Made by a program: the position numbers and the translations under genes
Assembly: GCA_000320545.1 (NCBI GenBank)
Contig: ADNK01000029.1
Location: forward strand, 141,057-205,056
Length of the DNA stretch: 64,000 nucleotides
Source of the DNA: Bigelowiella natans CCMP2755
Taxonomy: Eukaryota; Protista; Cercozoa
Direction: 5' to 3'
Notes under the pieces: generated by a model
The model's database searches: none
What the model was told of the DNA's origin: nothing
What the model saw: the letters and a program-made list of their open reading frames with translations, nothing else
Shown here: positions 26,685 to 40,400 of the stretch, one piece after another
Layout: each line of letters opens with the position of its first letter
Numbering within the stretch: the first letter of the stretch is position 1

Positions 26685-27830
26685 AGGAAAGATTGAACTC
26701 TTCTAATCAACAATCATGATGAGTCGCCAATTAGACTAGACCATTTTCCAGAGAATAAGACATTTTGCCTAGATTTATTCTCCAAGCGAAGCTCTAGATG
26801 GGTGGCTAACGACATTCTACGTATTTGATCCAGCCGGATCGGAAATTAATGATACAGTGAAGAACTCTCCGTCGTTGGTCTCTCACGTCAGAGTATGAAT
26901 GCCCCGTTTGGTCCGTAATCCGGCGAAACTTATCTTATGCCAAAGACGAAATCTAATCACAAACATTGTAAATAAAGTCAGAGCTGATCTCAATCTAAAT
27001 CTCCTCGAAGTCAAACAATTCTAAGCCATTTTTTCCTAAAAAATCCGATAAAATCTCAACTGTAACTTAGAAAATCTCAAAATTTTACCCCTGTATAGAA
27101 AGAAACGTGTATATTTTTAATGACGATACATAAACTTCGATGGTGTATAGTTAAAAATTTTAGACCTAAACTGTCTGGAAGATAACAAAGGATATTCTCC
27201 ACAGTTTCAGTCATTTTGGTGTTCTTTGAAACCCAACAAGCTATAAGCGTACTGTAAATCAATTTTGACGGAAGGAGACGTAAAGATACAGAAAAGCAGT
27301 GAAACTCCTTGATCCCGACTTAATAAAAGGGAATGAAAAGTATATGCAGTGTCTGATCCATGCATGCATTTATCTATGAAATATTCAGTGAACACCATAT
27401 CTCGAGAGTGACATATAGGTCATAATTTTGGTTGCACAGAGCAAAAGACCCGCAAGATTAAGAAAAGTGTAGAGAAATTTGACATGATTTGTGTACATGT
27501 TCACGTTAAGAAGTAAGATTATTATGAAATAAAAAAATCAAGCTAATATCCTATCCTGGCATCACCTCTGATGGTCATTGGAGCGCAGCTGCGTTCAGCA
27601 ATTTGCTTACATTTCTTTATTATACCATTATGTGCCATCCAGTATGCTAGATTCGAAAGATGCTGTGATTACACGTACGTTACATGGATTGTGGTGTGAC
27701 GACTGATGGCTGGATGTACTCTGATAGATGCACTTATGCGTACGTATGCGTGAATGGCATGTATTGCCTGTACGTTCACATCGTACTCTATGCGATAGCT
27801 AGATAGCTTAGACACATATGATTATACATC

Positions 27831-28003
27831 AGTGCTGTAGCTGCTGCATTGCACAGCTACATGAGGATGTGTATTTAACAATTTTAATTGAGAATTATTA
27901 CATCCGTCTTCTATGTTACTTGAGTATCAGACGGATGTGAATGAATGATTAAATTTTTTAATTGTCATTTTCTAATGTAGCTATTTAAAGCGGCGGCTGC
28001 AGC
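27831..28003. repeat. Two repeat-family copies in inverted orientation (~170 bp imperfect palindrome)
   Basis: ACATCCGTCT (27900-27909) pairs with AGACGGATGT (27929-27938) across a 19-nt spacer; outer arms GCTGTAGCTGCTGC...AGCTACAT and ATGTAGCT...GCGGCGGCTGCAGC. Confidence 0.8.
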
Positions 28004-28112
28004 TAGACACATAGCATATATATGTAATGCTTTCTAGATTCATAATTGTTTACATGTTTGGCTGTGCACATAGCTAGATAGTCTAGATAGTGCACAGACA
28101 CATACAATGTGC

Positions 28113-28209
28113 GAGATGGGTGCAATGAAATGATTACATTTTTTCAATAGCTAGATTGTCATGTCCTGACTAATGTATCTCTGCATATAGCTGCGGCAAT
28201 TGCAGCACT
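28113..28209 (-). repeat. Degenerate repeat-family copy (variant containing TAGCTAGAT)
   Basis: GAGATGGGTGCAATGAAATGATTACATTTTTTCAATAGCTAGATTGTCATGTCCTGACTAATGTATCT; close to 56563-56610. Confidence 0.65.
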
Positions 28210-28545
28210 TAAATGCTGTTTGTTGGGCGTCTGCAATTAGCACATCGTGTCGCATGATGCGCACACTAGCACACATCACACACTACGCGCAAGCATGCAC
28301 AGCACATGCTATGCAGCTCTAGCAGAGTGGCTAGCCGCCTATTGATCACATAGCATCCACACAATTGTAAGCTGGCACAATAATTAATGAACGTGCTGCT
28401 CAATAGATGCCTAACTAATGGCATTTGAATATTGTAGTAGGGTGGCCGATCAATGCAAGAATACATGCATGAAGGCTGAACTGTAAAAACTGTGCGATTT
28501 ACTGTGCAATATGATTGTGAGTCGTTATTGGAGCCCTTCCGAATG

Positions 28546-31500
28546 TCACCGCAAACGGCGACGCGAGCGCCTACGCTCAGCATTGACGCGTTCAATCTCT
28601 CTGCGAAGCGTTTCCATCGGTTCCTCCTCATCATCCCTCTCTGCGTAGCCATCATCTTCGCTCAATAGATTGACAGATTCCTCATTCATCGGCTCGTTCA
28701 TCGGCTTGCTCTCAGCGCCACTCGATGGCGTTATCTTAAACAAGGGAACCTCGAACAAACTTCGTACCTGAATCAAGCAACCCGAAACAAGTAACATCAA
28801 TTCTCATCTGCTTGCACATCGAAAACACAAACACAACGCACTGGCGCGAAGCGATGTAAATTAACTGACCTTGGCAACGGTAGCGTTCCTCCTTGACCTT
28901 GGTTTGAAGTCATGGCTGTAACTACTTTCATAGCCCCCCCCTCGGAATCTTGGAGGAAAATCATCCTCTACCTCGTAACGCGGATCCTGCATCACCCAAT
29001 CTGGAGGCGTCACGCTGCTACGGGAGCTGCTATATGGTTGTTGGAGAGGTGAAGATCCAACTTGACTAATGCGGGCCTCATCAGCCTCCTCATTGTTACT
29101 ACTACCCTTGACAGCTTCAGCACCGTGAAACACGTATGGTGACTTGAACGAATTCTGCTGATGATCTCCAGGCGCATCCATCATAGGCTTGTTATGTTCA
29201 CTCCGGTTGTTACGAGGACAATGCTGATGAGAGGCAAGGTGGACGGGGAGGGGCACTATCGATGCCGGCTGCATATGCTGCGGGGGAGGAGGTGTGACTT
29301 GTACCGGCGTGCTATGCGGCGCAGGGATTTTGAGCACCGCGGCACCGACAGTGGGGGGGCTTAGTCGCAGAACTTCGGGCAGAGTCTCATTTTGAGAGCA
29401 GTCTGTGATGACACTTGTCGGAGGGGAGGGGGTAAGGATATACTGCTGCTGCTGAGGTATTGGTGTGGTGTGAGGCGAGTGGATTTGGGGGAACGAATAC
29501 GGTCTTGGGGTCATCATCATGTTATTTGTAGTTGTAGGAGTGGTGGAAGAAGCATTGATACGAATCCTATCATGCTGCTGCTGTAGTACACCACCCACAT
29601 CGAGCAGCGGCACTGGTTGCAATCCCAGCGCAGCAGCAGCAAGCTCTGGATTTGATGTTTGAAGTCGCCTACCATCATCCTCCTGCCTTTGGTACTGCTG
29701 ATGATGCAGATGGACCAGCTCGATTACCTTTGCACGGAGAACGCGCGTCATTAAGACCTGAGTAGAGACAAATAATCATAATGAACGTCTGATGGGAGAT
29801 GATAGCACGAGGGGATTGGTCAATATTCCAGACGCGAAATTTAAGTTGCACTCGCGCAGCATCATCTGTTATCAGATCGTATCCAAATGAACCACCTTTC
29901 GCTGGTTGAGGAGTCGCAATCTGTGTCTTAATGTGTTGATTGTGTCGTTGAAGCGTGGGTCCCAAGTGATGGCCATCAATTTGGTGCTTGGAGAAAGAAG
30001 AGGAGGATCACCGTGACCGTTCTTGCTTGCATGGGCGACGGAGTAATCGCTTTTATAGCCCGTCGAAGAATTGGAATGGTGGATTGCAACGTGGATCTAA
30101 TTTTTGACAGGAAAGGATGATGAGCAATAGGAGGAAGACAGGGGGGGGGGCACATAATAGCCAGCGGACATCGTTGTCAATCTATGCTATCATCCATCTA
30201 TCTTTCAGCTCTTACACCACGCTCATATATGAATATGAAATAAATAAGTGATACCTTGGAGAGCTGTTGAATCAAGCGGTCCCGCTCGGATTGCGCGATG
30301 ATCTTTCTGCGTTCGTCGCTACTACCTTCGATGATGTTCTCCCTGGTAGCAGCTGCTGCGGCGCGGGTTGAAAGCAAGCGTGAATTTATGAGCTGAGCCA
30401 CGTGCCTCCTCACAGCCAGACGTCGCCGTTCCTCGATCTCCTTTGCTCCCGTTGCTTCGAGAGTCCTCATACGCTTGCGGATGGTCTGGTTGAAGAAGTC
30501 AGTCAGTTGTTGGGAGAATAAGCAGATGAGAAGAGAGTTACTACTTGCTGCCAATGATGAACAAATGATGATGTGTGGGCCTACTACTACTTCTTCTTCT
30601 TCTTCTACTACTACTACTACTACTACTACTATATAGTTGGCTGAAATAATCATAGGAATCTCTTTCTCTCCCAACCCCCCCACCCCCCCCTTTCTCTCTT
30701 TCTTTCCCGCGAGTTACTGTTATTCCGCTGTGCAGACGGTTGTGCGAAACAAAAGAGAAAATGAACGTGAAGGAGAGAAATAGAGAAAAGCAACAGGCAA
30801 ACAACCGTTGCCTCTTCGACGCAATGCTTGAGGCTCGAAGCAAGTCTCAAAAGCGTCTTCTTCTCCCGGAGGAGCCACATGGTTTTGTTGATCTTATGAA
30901 CGGGGAATGATGAATCGGACGAGTTGAAGTCAGCAGATGGACGTGATGATGGTTTCCTTCCAGAATCTGCGGGAAGCTCTTGAAGTGTTGGTAACTTTTG
31001 CTTGATTGGCTCCTTTGTGGTTGTGGGAGATATCGATTTATTGCTCTCAGCATCATAGTTGAGATGTTCCTCCGACTGCCCCTGTGCCTTTTCTCTAGTT
31101 ATGTTCTCCCACCGCTCGAACGCCTCCTTTTGCTTCAACGACTGAACAAAAAACGATAAAGACGAAAACGGATTTGAAAACACATACTTCATCGCAATTG
31201 CACTTATGGAGAAATTCGTGAGAAAAATGCTTGAAGAAACGACGTGCATTATGATGCCTTTATCGCCTTTATCACAACGTTAAAATGTTGAAGACTTTTA
31301 AAAGGAATAGGAAGTTGTTTGAAACAAATCATTTTGTGCATATATCCTTGTTGATAATCAGAATCGTGAGATTGTGCATTCACAACAACAACCAACTACT
31401 ACTACATTCTCTTCTTTGGCTACCTTGGCCACTCGCTCAGCAGCAACAGTCGCTACCTTTTTCAACCTACACACACACAGACATATATATATATATATAT

Positions 31501-33888
31501 ATATATATAGACCCCCCCCCACACACACACACACACATAGATTATTCATTTACACGTCTTTGTACTTTCTGTACTTGGCCTGATATCCCCATCCCCCCCC
31601 CCCCCCCCCTCTTCTCTTTATTAGGCATCGCTTCTTCCCCGCGCACCTGTGCTCAAGTTCCCTCTCCAGATTCTTCAACGCCGATGTGGCCTTTGCTATG
31701 GCCTGACACCACCACCACCACCACCGAGTAGAAGAGTAAATGAAGGCAAAAAGAGGGAGAGGAAACATGGAATGGGGCATGGAGACGCATTGGCCAACCA
31801 TCAGCTTCAAACAGAATGGTGTGTGTTTATTGACGTTAATGGCCGGTGGCTCATTATCATGTACCAATTGGGCGCTCAGCCTCTCCGTCTGGGTCCTCCG
31901 CTGATTCTGCGCTTTGGCCGTCGCGAGCTCTCGCCCGACCAACATCGCAACGTTTTTCCTGACTCCCTCGGTCATGTTCATCCGCTCTAAGGAGGACATC
32001 ACGGAGTGGAAGTCGCTGCTGTGGCTCTTTCTGGGCTGCTCTAGTGCCTCTACAACACGCGGCGACTGTTCCTTCTTTGCTGCGGAATAGTCCATAGCAG
32101 CGACCGAGGATGATAAATGGGGATAACGTGTCGTAGAAGTAGTAGTAGTAGTGGTAGTAGTAGTAGCAAAGCTTGCCGCCTCCATACTCGTGACTGAACT
32201 GCCAGCCTTGCCCATTGCTGCTGATAGTGATGATACCCGTGACGCTAACAAAGGCAGTGGCGGCGAAGCTGCTGCACCGAAGGGTTGGATACTCGCCGAC
32301 GGTGGCTGCGAGGGTAAAGTCGTTGTACTTCCTTCGGCGATATACAGCTGCGGCACACCTTCGTACGTCATCTTCCCCTCAACCAATTGCGGTGGTTGTG
32401 GTTGTGGTTGTGGTTGTGGTTGTGGTTGTGGTAGTGGTGGTGGTGGTGGCGATTTTTGGTGAAATCGTTCCTCACGCTGTGTCTCTCTCTGCTGCCTTTC
32501 GAACAGGAAAACGTGAGCGGATACCGCAGGTCCAGCACATAAGACACAAGGAATTATCTGGAACATCATACGATCGTGAGTACAAATGAAAATTGCAAAG
32601 ATGTCTGTAATGGGAACGAATAATTACCGCTTTAGATTGCTTATGCCAAGACACGGAACCGCATTCCATGCATTTGTATTCAAGCAGTGCGTTGTCTCTT
32701 TCCTCTTCATTGGAGATAGGCATCCACTGTTTCTGTGGCTGCTTTACATCAATTACGTCAACATTTGTAGGAATGGCGAGATGATGCCCTTCCTCATCCC
32801 GCTGCTGCTGACGTGAATAATCATCGGCGATGCCAACAAGGGCTTCAGCTATGGACTCAGCCAGTTTGCCGTTCGGGGCCTCTACCTTCTGCAAATCTTG
32901 CCTTTCGTCAACGGGTGCATGCTTTCCCCCCCGACCTGATTCAGCTGGAAAGTACGGCGGGCCTTGTGCTTCTTCTTGTGCTTGTACTGTAGGGTAGTTG
33001 TATGCGTAGACAACACGGTCTTCTGTAGTCAGACGCTCGTCTATATTTACTTCCACAGCGCGGTCCGTGTCTTTGAACAAGTTGGGTGAGGAGGGCGCCA
33101 TCGTGGGTGTCATCTGCCGGAAGGGTTCCGCCCTAACTACTATGGGCGGTGCTGATGGACCCTGTGGCGGGGATGGCTGTGGTGGCGATGATGGTGGCGG
33201 TGACCGTGCCTCCTGTGGCGATCTTACCTTCTTTGGCGACCCCTCTTTCTGTGGAGATCTCTGTCTTTTCACCTCTTCCCTTTTAGTCTCAGTATATCTT
33301 GCCACATCATCGGTTGCAGAGGTTGTCGTCTCTTCATCCTCATCGATCGGAGTCTCCACCGTTGGTTTCTGGGTGGGCTCAGGAGTTGGTCTTCTTGTAG
33401 GCTTTCGGGTGGGAGGGGGTGTAGTCACTTTCTTTTGCTTCCTGGCATTCCCCTTCGTCTTTTCAACTGAGACACATGAAAACATTTTTGGTTAATAGTA
33501 TCACGGGGTTTTTGAGAAATGGATTTCTCAAACCTCCAGGATCTTCTGTCACGGTTGTTTGCCAGTCAGAAGGATTTGTAACCTAATTTTTCAGAAAAAG
33601 ATTAAACGGCTTATAGCGGGCCACTACTTTGAAGATGATTGACAGCTTTCCTACTGAGAACGCACCTCAAAATCGGAGGAGTGCATTTCAAATTTGTTTC
33701 TTTTCTTAGTTTTCCTTCCCCTGTTCTTCATACTACGTTGATTTGTCGAAATTTTTGATGCTTTCTTCTTTGCTTTTGGTTTTGTGGATGTCTTCACGTT
33801 TGAAGAACGCCTACTTTCTTCCTTGTGCCTCCGTCGTCGGGTTTGAGCACCTTCGTACTCATCAGTCTTCTCTTCAGACATCTGAAAG

Positions 33889-33984
<96 letters not shown>

Positions 33985-34226
33985 GTATACCCAATCATTC
34001 AAACATCTACAGGCTATGTACCAGAGTAATATCATCTGACACAATTTTGTTCAGAGGGTCTTCATCCGTGTCCCCGGCCATCCACCTGGGTGTATGATAT
34101 ACCACCAAACATGTTATAATAGTAGCCTTTTGCTGAAATACCAACACGTACGTTTCAGCAAATACTAAAACTACATTACCATGGACGAGGCTTCGTTCGC
34201 TTACGGAGCTGGTATGGCAGAGCCAT
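28546..34226 (-). CDS. Large multi-exon, low-complexity (Pro/Gln/Thr-rich) and coiled-coil protein of unknown function
   Basis: Minus-strand ORF pieces 33651-33917, 32472-33485, 31550-32569, 30650-31249, 30198-30683, 28861-29751 and 28546-28800 are bounded by GT/AG sites; the 5' junctions I traced join in frame. No recognisable domain. Confidence 0.6.
33890..33980. repeat. Compound intronic microsatellite (CA)n(TA)n
   Basis: Directly visible. Similar intronic tracts at ~2622-2666, 3071-3092, 3239-3270 (AGT), 8409-8449 (GA), 11901-11940, 48108-48198, 49880-49937. Confidence 0.95.
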
Positions 34227-35071
34227 CCTCAATTTTTTTGCTGGCTCCGGTACTCGAATTTTACGATGTCCCCAGTAAATTCTGAGCATTCTCATGTCAT
34301 TGAAAGTAGTGGATGAATTGCGAATAAGTATGCACATTAGTAATAATTCGCTAACACCTGCAGAGAAGTAGTATTCCAAACAGTAGGGCGGAGGTTCTGA
34401 GGCAAAAAAGAACTTTGTGTAGCATCATTGAGTGACGACGTCGAAGCATTATTCCTTGGAGTAAAGCCACAGTCCACGCGGAACATTCGAGATTCGGACC
34501 TTCAGTCCTATTTACACTTTCCTTTGCCTAATGTTCCACCCCTGAACCGGGGGGACTTATTGGGCCTTTTCATCTTTTCGTTCGGTTTTCGGGGGGGGAG
34601 GTGAACGGAAAGGGCTCCCCGCCTTTTCGGGTATGCAGGGAATGGCAGCCCTTTTCGCCTTGAGTCAAATCGCATATGTTGTCGTAGATAAAATACGACA
34701 TAATACTGGAGAGACCGGACGATCCTCACGCACGACAAGTGACATCGTGGACTTTTAGACATTTTCTCCCCCTTCGCCACTGTGGCATGTGGTAATTCTT
34801 GATGCCCAACTCGCACGCGATGTGGAAAAAGTGCAGTGGAGATAGTGCTGCTCGAAGGCAGCAAGCGAAGATCTTTGCATCTGCTTCTATCGTAAGCAGA
34901 AACAAATTAAAGTAGTCAGTTTTAGTAGCCGGACTTACCATCAATATCTACATTGCGACCGAGGGCATTAGTTTCCTTTATTGGAAAACGCGACCCGCCA
35001 GGATATTCTCTCTAGCATTCAATCGCTGAAAATCTATTTGGCACGCGCCGCACTAGCCATTATACTTGAAA

Positions 35072-36879
35072 ATGTCAGAGGGTAAAAAGGTACCAACAAA
35101 TCTTTTGGAATAGCTGGCCTTGGAATAGCTTAAATATTGAAAATCTATTGCAGAAAGCATTTCTTGACGATGTTTCGAAAGGAGATACCAACCTGAAAAG
35201 TGTAACTCCAAAAGTTAGTGATAATCTCACAAGAACAAAGGTAGGTAACTTAGCTTAAATGTTTGAAGATTATTCTTACTAAATTCCTCCAAGGTTTTGG
35301 GGAATATCAAGAAGGGGGCAGAGTTGAACAAGGTAAGATTCTCTCAAAGGGCAGTCGGCCACTTTTAAAACGATGGCTGAAGAATTCCACAACTTCATCA
35401 GGTTACCAAACCGTCGGAAGAACTTACTCGAGCTCAAAAGTACCAGTTCCGCAAAGAGCGTAAGAATTTATTCTTATTTACGGAATGATCTTCGAACCAT
35501 CTTGACAATGACATAGGCGCGGAAGCGAAGGGGGAGTCTTTCGTCGAAAAACTGGATGAGGAAGGCCTTAAATTTTTCAACGAAATTGCATCTGCACCCT
35601 TTTCAGAGCAAGCAGTAGCATTTCTTAACGCATATTGGGGGGAAGTTGGAGCGCAAGCTGAATTCATCTACAGGTATGTGGTTACCATGTACTGGTGGTT
35701 GAGATCTTCGTTGTTTGATAGTGAGTTATAATTTGTGATCTATAGTGTTGCGTGGGATAAATTCAAGTACGCTGATATGCATGCTCGAGGGATCAATTAT
35801 GTGCATAAGTATAAAGAAGGAAACATGTTGGAGTTCGACATCGGTTTATACTTCTACGAGCAGCTCTGCAAATTTCTTGAAGACGAGAAGAATTCTGATT
35901 GGAAGGATGAGAAGTTCGCTCCGTCCCAACCGAAACTCGTGACTGCTATCGTCCGTAAAAAGGAGGTAGGTGCTAGGTCACTTCATTATGTCTTTGATGC
36001 TCAATCTCAACGATGCTCAAACTGAACAATGTGTGCAGCTTCGGGATAAAGTTGATGTGAACTTCGACGGGCACGTGAGTATGCTAGAGTATCTTCTTTA
36101 TCAATATCGCTCCGTTGCAAATCCTGCTGACTTCGTCACTCGCTCAATGGTACGGTTGTAATCCAAAGAACCACATAACACACCACATAATTCTTGTGCG
36201 CGTAGTAACGTGGAAATAATAAATCAACTGTCCCGATGATACACATCAGAATCACGACGAACATCCTGAGATTCGTAAGGCCCGCCTTGCCCTAGAGGAG
36301 GTGAACAAGCGCATCCAAGAGTATGAGGTTTGCAAAATATTCTGGTCGCATGTAGTGTGATATCCCATGACGAGCCTTCAACCACCTAATTCTTTTGATT
36401 GATTTAATGATATGAACCTAAGTGTTCCTTCTGCCTGTAGGCTGAAAAACAGCGTCTTACCAACGACTCGAAGAAGTCTGGGGTGAAGGGTTTAAGGGCA
36501 AAGAACATGCTTGCTCAACTAAATGCTGGCCCACTCTGGGAAAAATTGCAAACGGTACGGTACTCGTGATGTGGAAGATGTATAATCAACGCCACCGTCT
36601 TGCCGTAACCATAGATCATTACTGTCCTTGTTACTCGACATTCACAGTCCTTTAAACTTAAATGACATTGAAAAATTTCGTGGCTAACATTAACATGTGC
36701 AGGCTCTTATCACTGCAGAGGCTGCTGTACGAATTGCGACCAAAAAGTATGGAGGAAAGTCTTACAAGAAGTCTAGTGGGGGTGGTGGGCGCGCAATGGG
36801 CAGCTCGGAGGGGTCCATTTGGTGGTTGAACCGAGATCTAAGGGAAAAGAAGGAGAAATATGGAAAGACTAAGAAATGA
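35072..36879 (+). CDS. Calcium-regulated actin-bundling protein family (Dictyostelium 34 kDa ABP-like) with EF-hand and N-terminal WH2-like motifs
   Basis: PFSEQAVAFLNAYW, EF-hand RDKVDVNFDGHVSMLEYLLYQY, KARLALEEV...GVKGLRAKNMLAQL, ALITAEAAVR, C-terminal GSIWWLNRDLREKK. Confidence 0.8.
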
Positions 36880-37460
36880 GTTTGCACCGCACAGCATTGT
36901 CGAGCTTACTAACACATGACAGTGTGGAGCCTATACACTACCCCAATCTCGCAGACGCGCAGTATACTAGTATATCTTGGACATCAACATGCAATTTCAG
37001 CAGCCGCAAGATGTGCGTACATACGCACGTAGTGTTCGCAACACATCTCTAGATCTATAATGATCTAGACACGGCGGACGAGATACACGCGCATTTCTGG
37101 ATTTAGATATCTAAACAAAACATGTCTAGGTGTACAAACGTGTGCAACCTAAAGCGCTATATATAGCTACTATGTAAGGCTTTCTTGCTTTACGGCATAC
37201 ATACATATATACATGCGATGTAACCGGCAAACAAAAGCTAGATGCGATGCGCATATGTTGCATCGCTGTGTGTGGAAGTATCTAGATCTAGAGCCAGCAT
37301 AGATCCACAGCCTTCTTTAAGCGGCATTTGCAATCTAGTGAGGCTCTTTTGTGCTCACTAGCTCACCGATGTTGGAAACCATGAATGATGAATTTTTATA
37401 ACAGAAATGTATTTTCCACATTAGACGTGTCAGCGCAAAGACAAACGAGAACGGTTAAAA

Positions 37461-40400
37461 TTACTGGTCTAACTTTCGAGTGGTAGGATTCGGGCTTGAC
37501 GTTGTTGTCATTGATTTTGGAGCGTCCTCTGTGAGATACTTAATTTTGAACAGACTTCGTCGACGACGAGTAGGAGTTCGTGCCCGACCTGATTCGTATA
37601 AGGTAATTAACATTTTGTTAGTTTGTATTCGTGCCATAACAAAGCAGATGCAGTGGTGATGCAAGTTTGCAGCAGCTAACAGTGAATGTATCAGACAAAG
37701 TGAATAACAATTTTCATATAATGATGGATACCAAGCACGTGATCGTGGTCTGTCTTGCTCGTCATCGACTGTAGTGACATATGGCTCATAGTAGTCGATT
37801 CGCTTCTAGCCCGTAAGTGAGAATTAGACTTATCGTACCTACGTAAAGTGGTTTTTTAAATCACAGTCAGAACTGCTCGACTATATGCGCCATTTCAAGT
37901 ATTCAGGCATAATTTTCTTTAAGCTGATGACTTACTTTTTCACTTTCAACGAGCTGATACCGTCTACTGGTTTCGAATTAAATATGGCTTTAAAGTCGAC
38001 CCTGTTGGTCGCAGCAGACAGCAGGAGCTTTTTAGTTAGAGAGTATTCACAATTTGATTCAAGTTTGTCGCAACTACCTTTGTTGTTCTGGAAGAGACTT
38101 GTTGCTCTTTTCATCAACTGACGGGCTCTGTTGATGATGATTCGGGAACAAATAATCATTATAAAGGAGGAGGTGTCAAAATGTTACAACATGGATAAAA
38201 CTTCCAGCAAAAATTGGAAATGATTTAGTGGATGTTTCTGGTTAGCTACCTTAGGGATTGTGGAGCGGCGTTTGTTTTGTTTGTTTTTTAGCACAATTGA
38301 GCCGAACATCAATGCCGCACGCTGGATGCACTCAAACTAGCAACACAGAAATACCGTTAAGTAAAAATAAATTTGGAAGAATGACAATAATACACTACCT
38401 TGGTGCGATCTATCAACATTCCTGCGACGCCTGTTTTAGCAGAAGTAAATTTTAGCCGTAGAGTGGATATTAGCGTAATTTGCTAAAATCTCACCTATGT
38501 TTTGGAGTTTCTCAAAAGCAAGATCATGGGCTGTAATTTCGTCCTTCCTGAGAAAGAAAGTCATGAGTCTTTTTGTTTTAGCACTGAATGATGACGATCC
38601 TGTGAAATAATCCGTATTATTATGGTGGTAATTTACCGGCTAAAGTCAGGGGAAAGGTAACTTTTGAAGATATGGCGTATCACCATTGAATGGCACACCT
38701 GAGAGGAGACGACACATACATCAAATGTTGTGTTCTCTTTACACTCAATTCCGAGATGAATCATCATTTGTTCTCCTAAATATCGCTAGCCACACCGTAT
38801 GCTGCTACATTTGGCAGTAGTACGTACGTATGTGCGGACAGTCGTTATTACCACTATCACGCTGTCGGAATCATCGTACATGATGTTCTTCATCATTTGG
38901 TCTATTCTCTCGGCGAAAGCTGATCTAGATTCCCCTGAAGATAATGGTTATGATGATATCAATGGAAACAAAGCAAAGCATGCTTGGAGAGCCACCTTTT
39001 GAATTCCACCAGCGATGGACAGAGTCATTGGGCTTTATGTCAACGTTCTTCACGTCATCACCCATCTCTTCGCCAAAGAGATCCTTAAATTCAGAGTGGA
39101 TGTGGGGTATTATGTCCTTCCCACGAAACTGGCCAGTGCAATCCATGCCCTAGTGGTGATGATGGTGTATATACATCAACAACGCCAAATTCAAAACTGA
39201 CTTTGATGCTGCCTCTACAAAGAACGCGCACACACGCACACAACCACACACACACACATACAGAGAGTGAGAGAGAGAGGGGGGGGGGGGGGGGGGGAAG
39301 ATTTACCATAAGACTTCGTTTTTCCCTGGCGTCGGCTAGTAAATGGATTCCATCATTCTTCACTTGGGGATGATCACGTAATGCCAACACTGCGGACTCC
39401 ACAGCTCTATAGTAGTAGTAGTAATAGTAGTAGTAGTGTGATAATGATGATGATGGCGATGATGATGTAAAAGAGACGTTTAGAAAGTCTCTGGTGAGAC
39501 AATCTACAACACTTAAAAACAACACTTAAAAGCTCTTGTTTCACAACCTTGTAAGAGGTGAACTGTACACTTTGTTCGCGTTGTAGAATCCTGTAACATT
39601 CATACCACTCAGAAGCGAAAATTATGGCAACCAATCTTGAAAGGGACGCTTACTACCCGTATACATTGGATTATCGGTCCTAGCAAACTGAGGTTCTTTC
39701 AATTTTTGGCGCAATTCTTCTGCTTGCTGAGCGCCTAACTTCGTGAGTCCATGGTCGATAATGCCGAAAGCTGTGAGCAAATCGAACTCCCGTTTTGCCG
39801 CGTTCCACTTAGACTGACCGTGGCGAATGAGGTACAACCACTTCTCCTACATCGAAAGACAAATAGCGAAAATGCTGCTTAAGCGTGAAGCATATACATA
39901 TATGGACTACGGATGATGATCGGAGAGCACACAATTCAACCTTGGGAGGCGCAGGAACCATCTGAAGGACAACCTTACACATTCCATTCGGATTTGGGGT
40001 TACTTTCTTGTGAAGCGGTATTGAGATTGCCGCTTTTTGGTTGAGGTCCAAACGGGATGTCTCCATAACAATCTTTGCGATCTTCAAGTCAGGCTGCGGA
40101 AACGAACACGTTCTCAGAACTGATATTGAGGAATATGATACGTAATTGAAGTTACCTGGCCCCCAAAGTTATCATGCCACACCTCAACTGTTAGATGCTT
40201 ACCATTTGCTACAAGAGGCCTATCGATTAAAGATAATGCATTCAATTCATTTTTCTATGTGACTTTCTTTCGCGAAAAGATAGGGGGATTGATGACATAA
40301 TATATATATTTGCTGAAGTACCTGGTAGCATTCCAGACTGGGGCACTTGAATCTGACTTTGTAATCCACTCTTCAACGTCATCGTTTGAATTTATATCAT

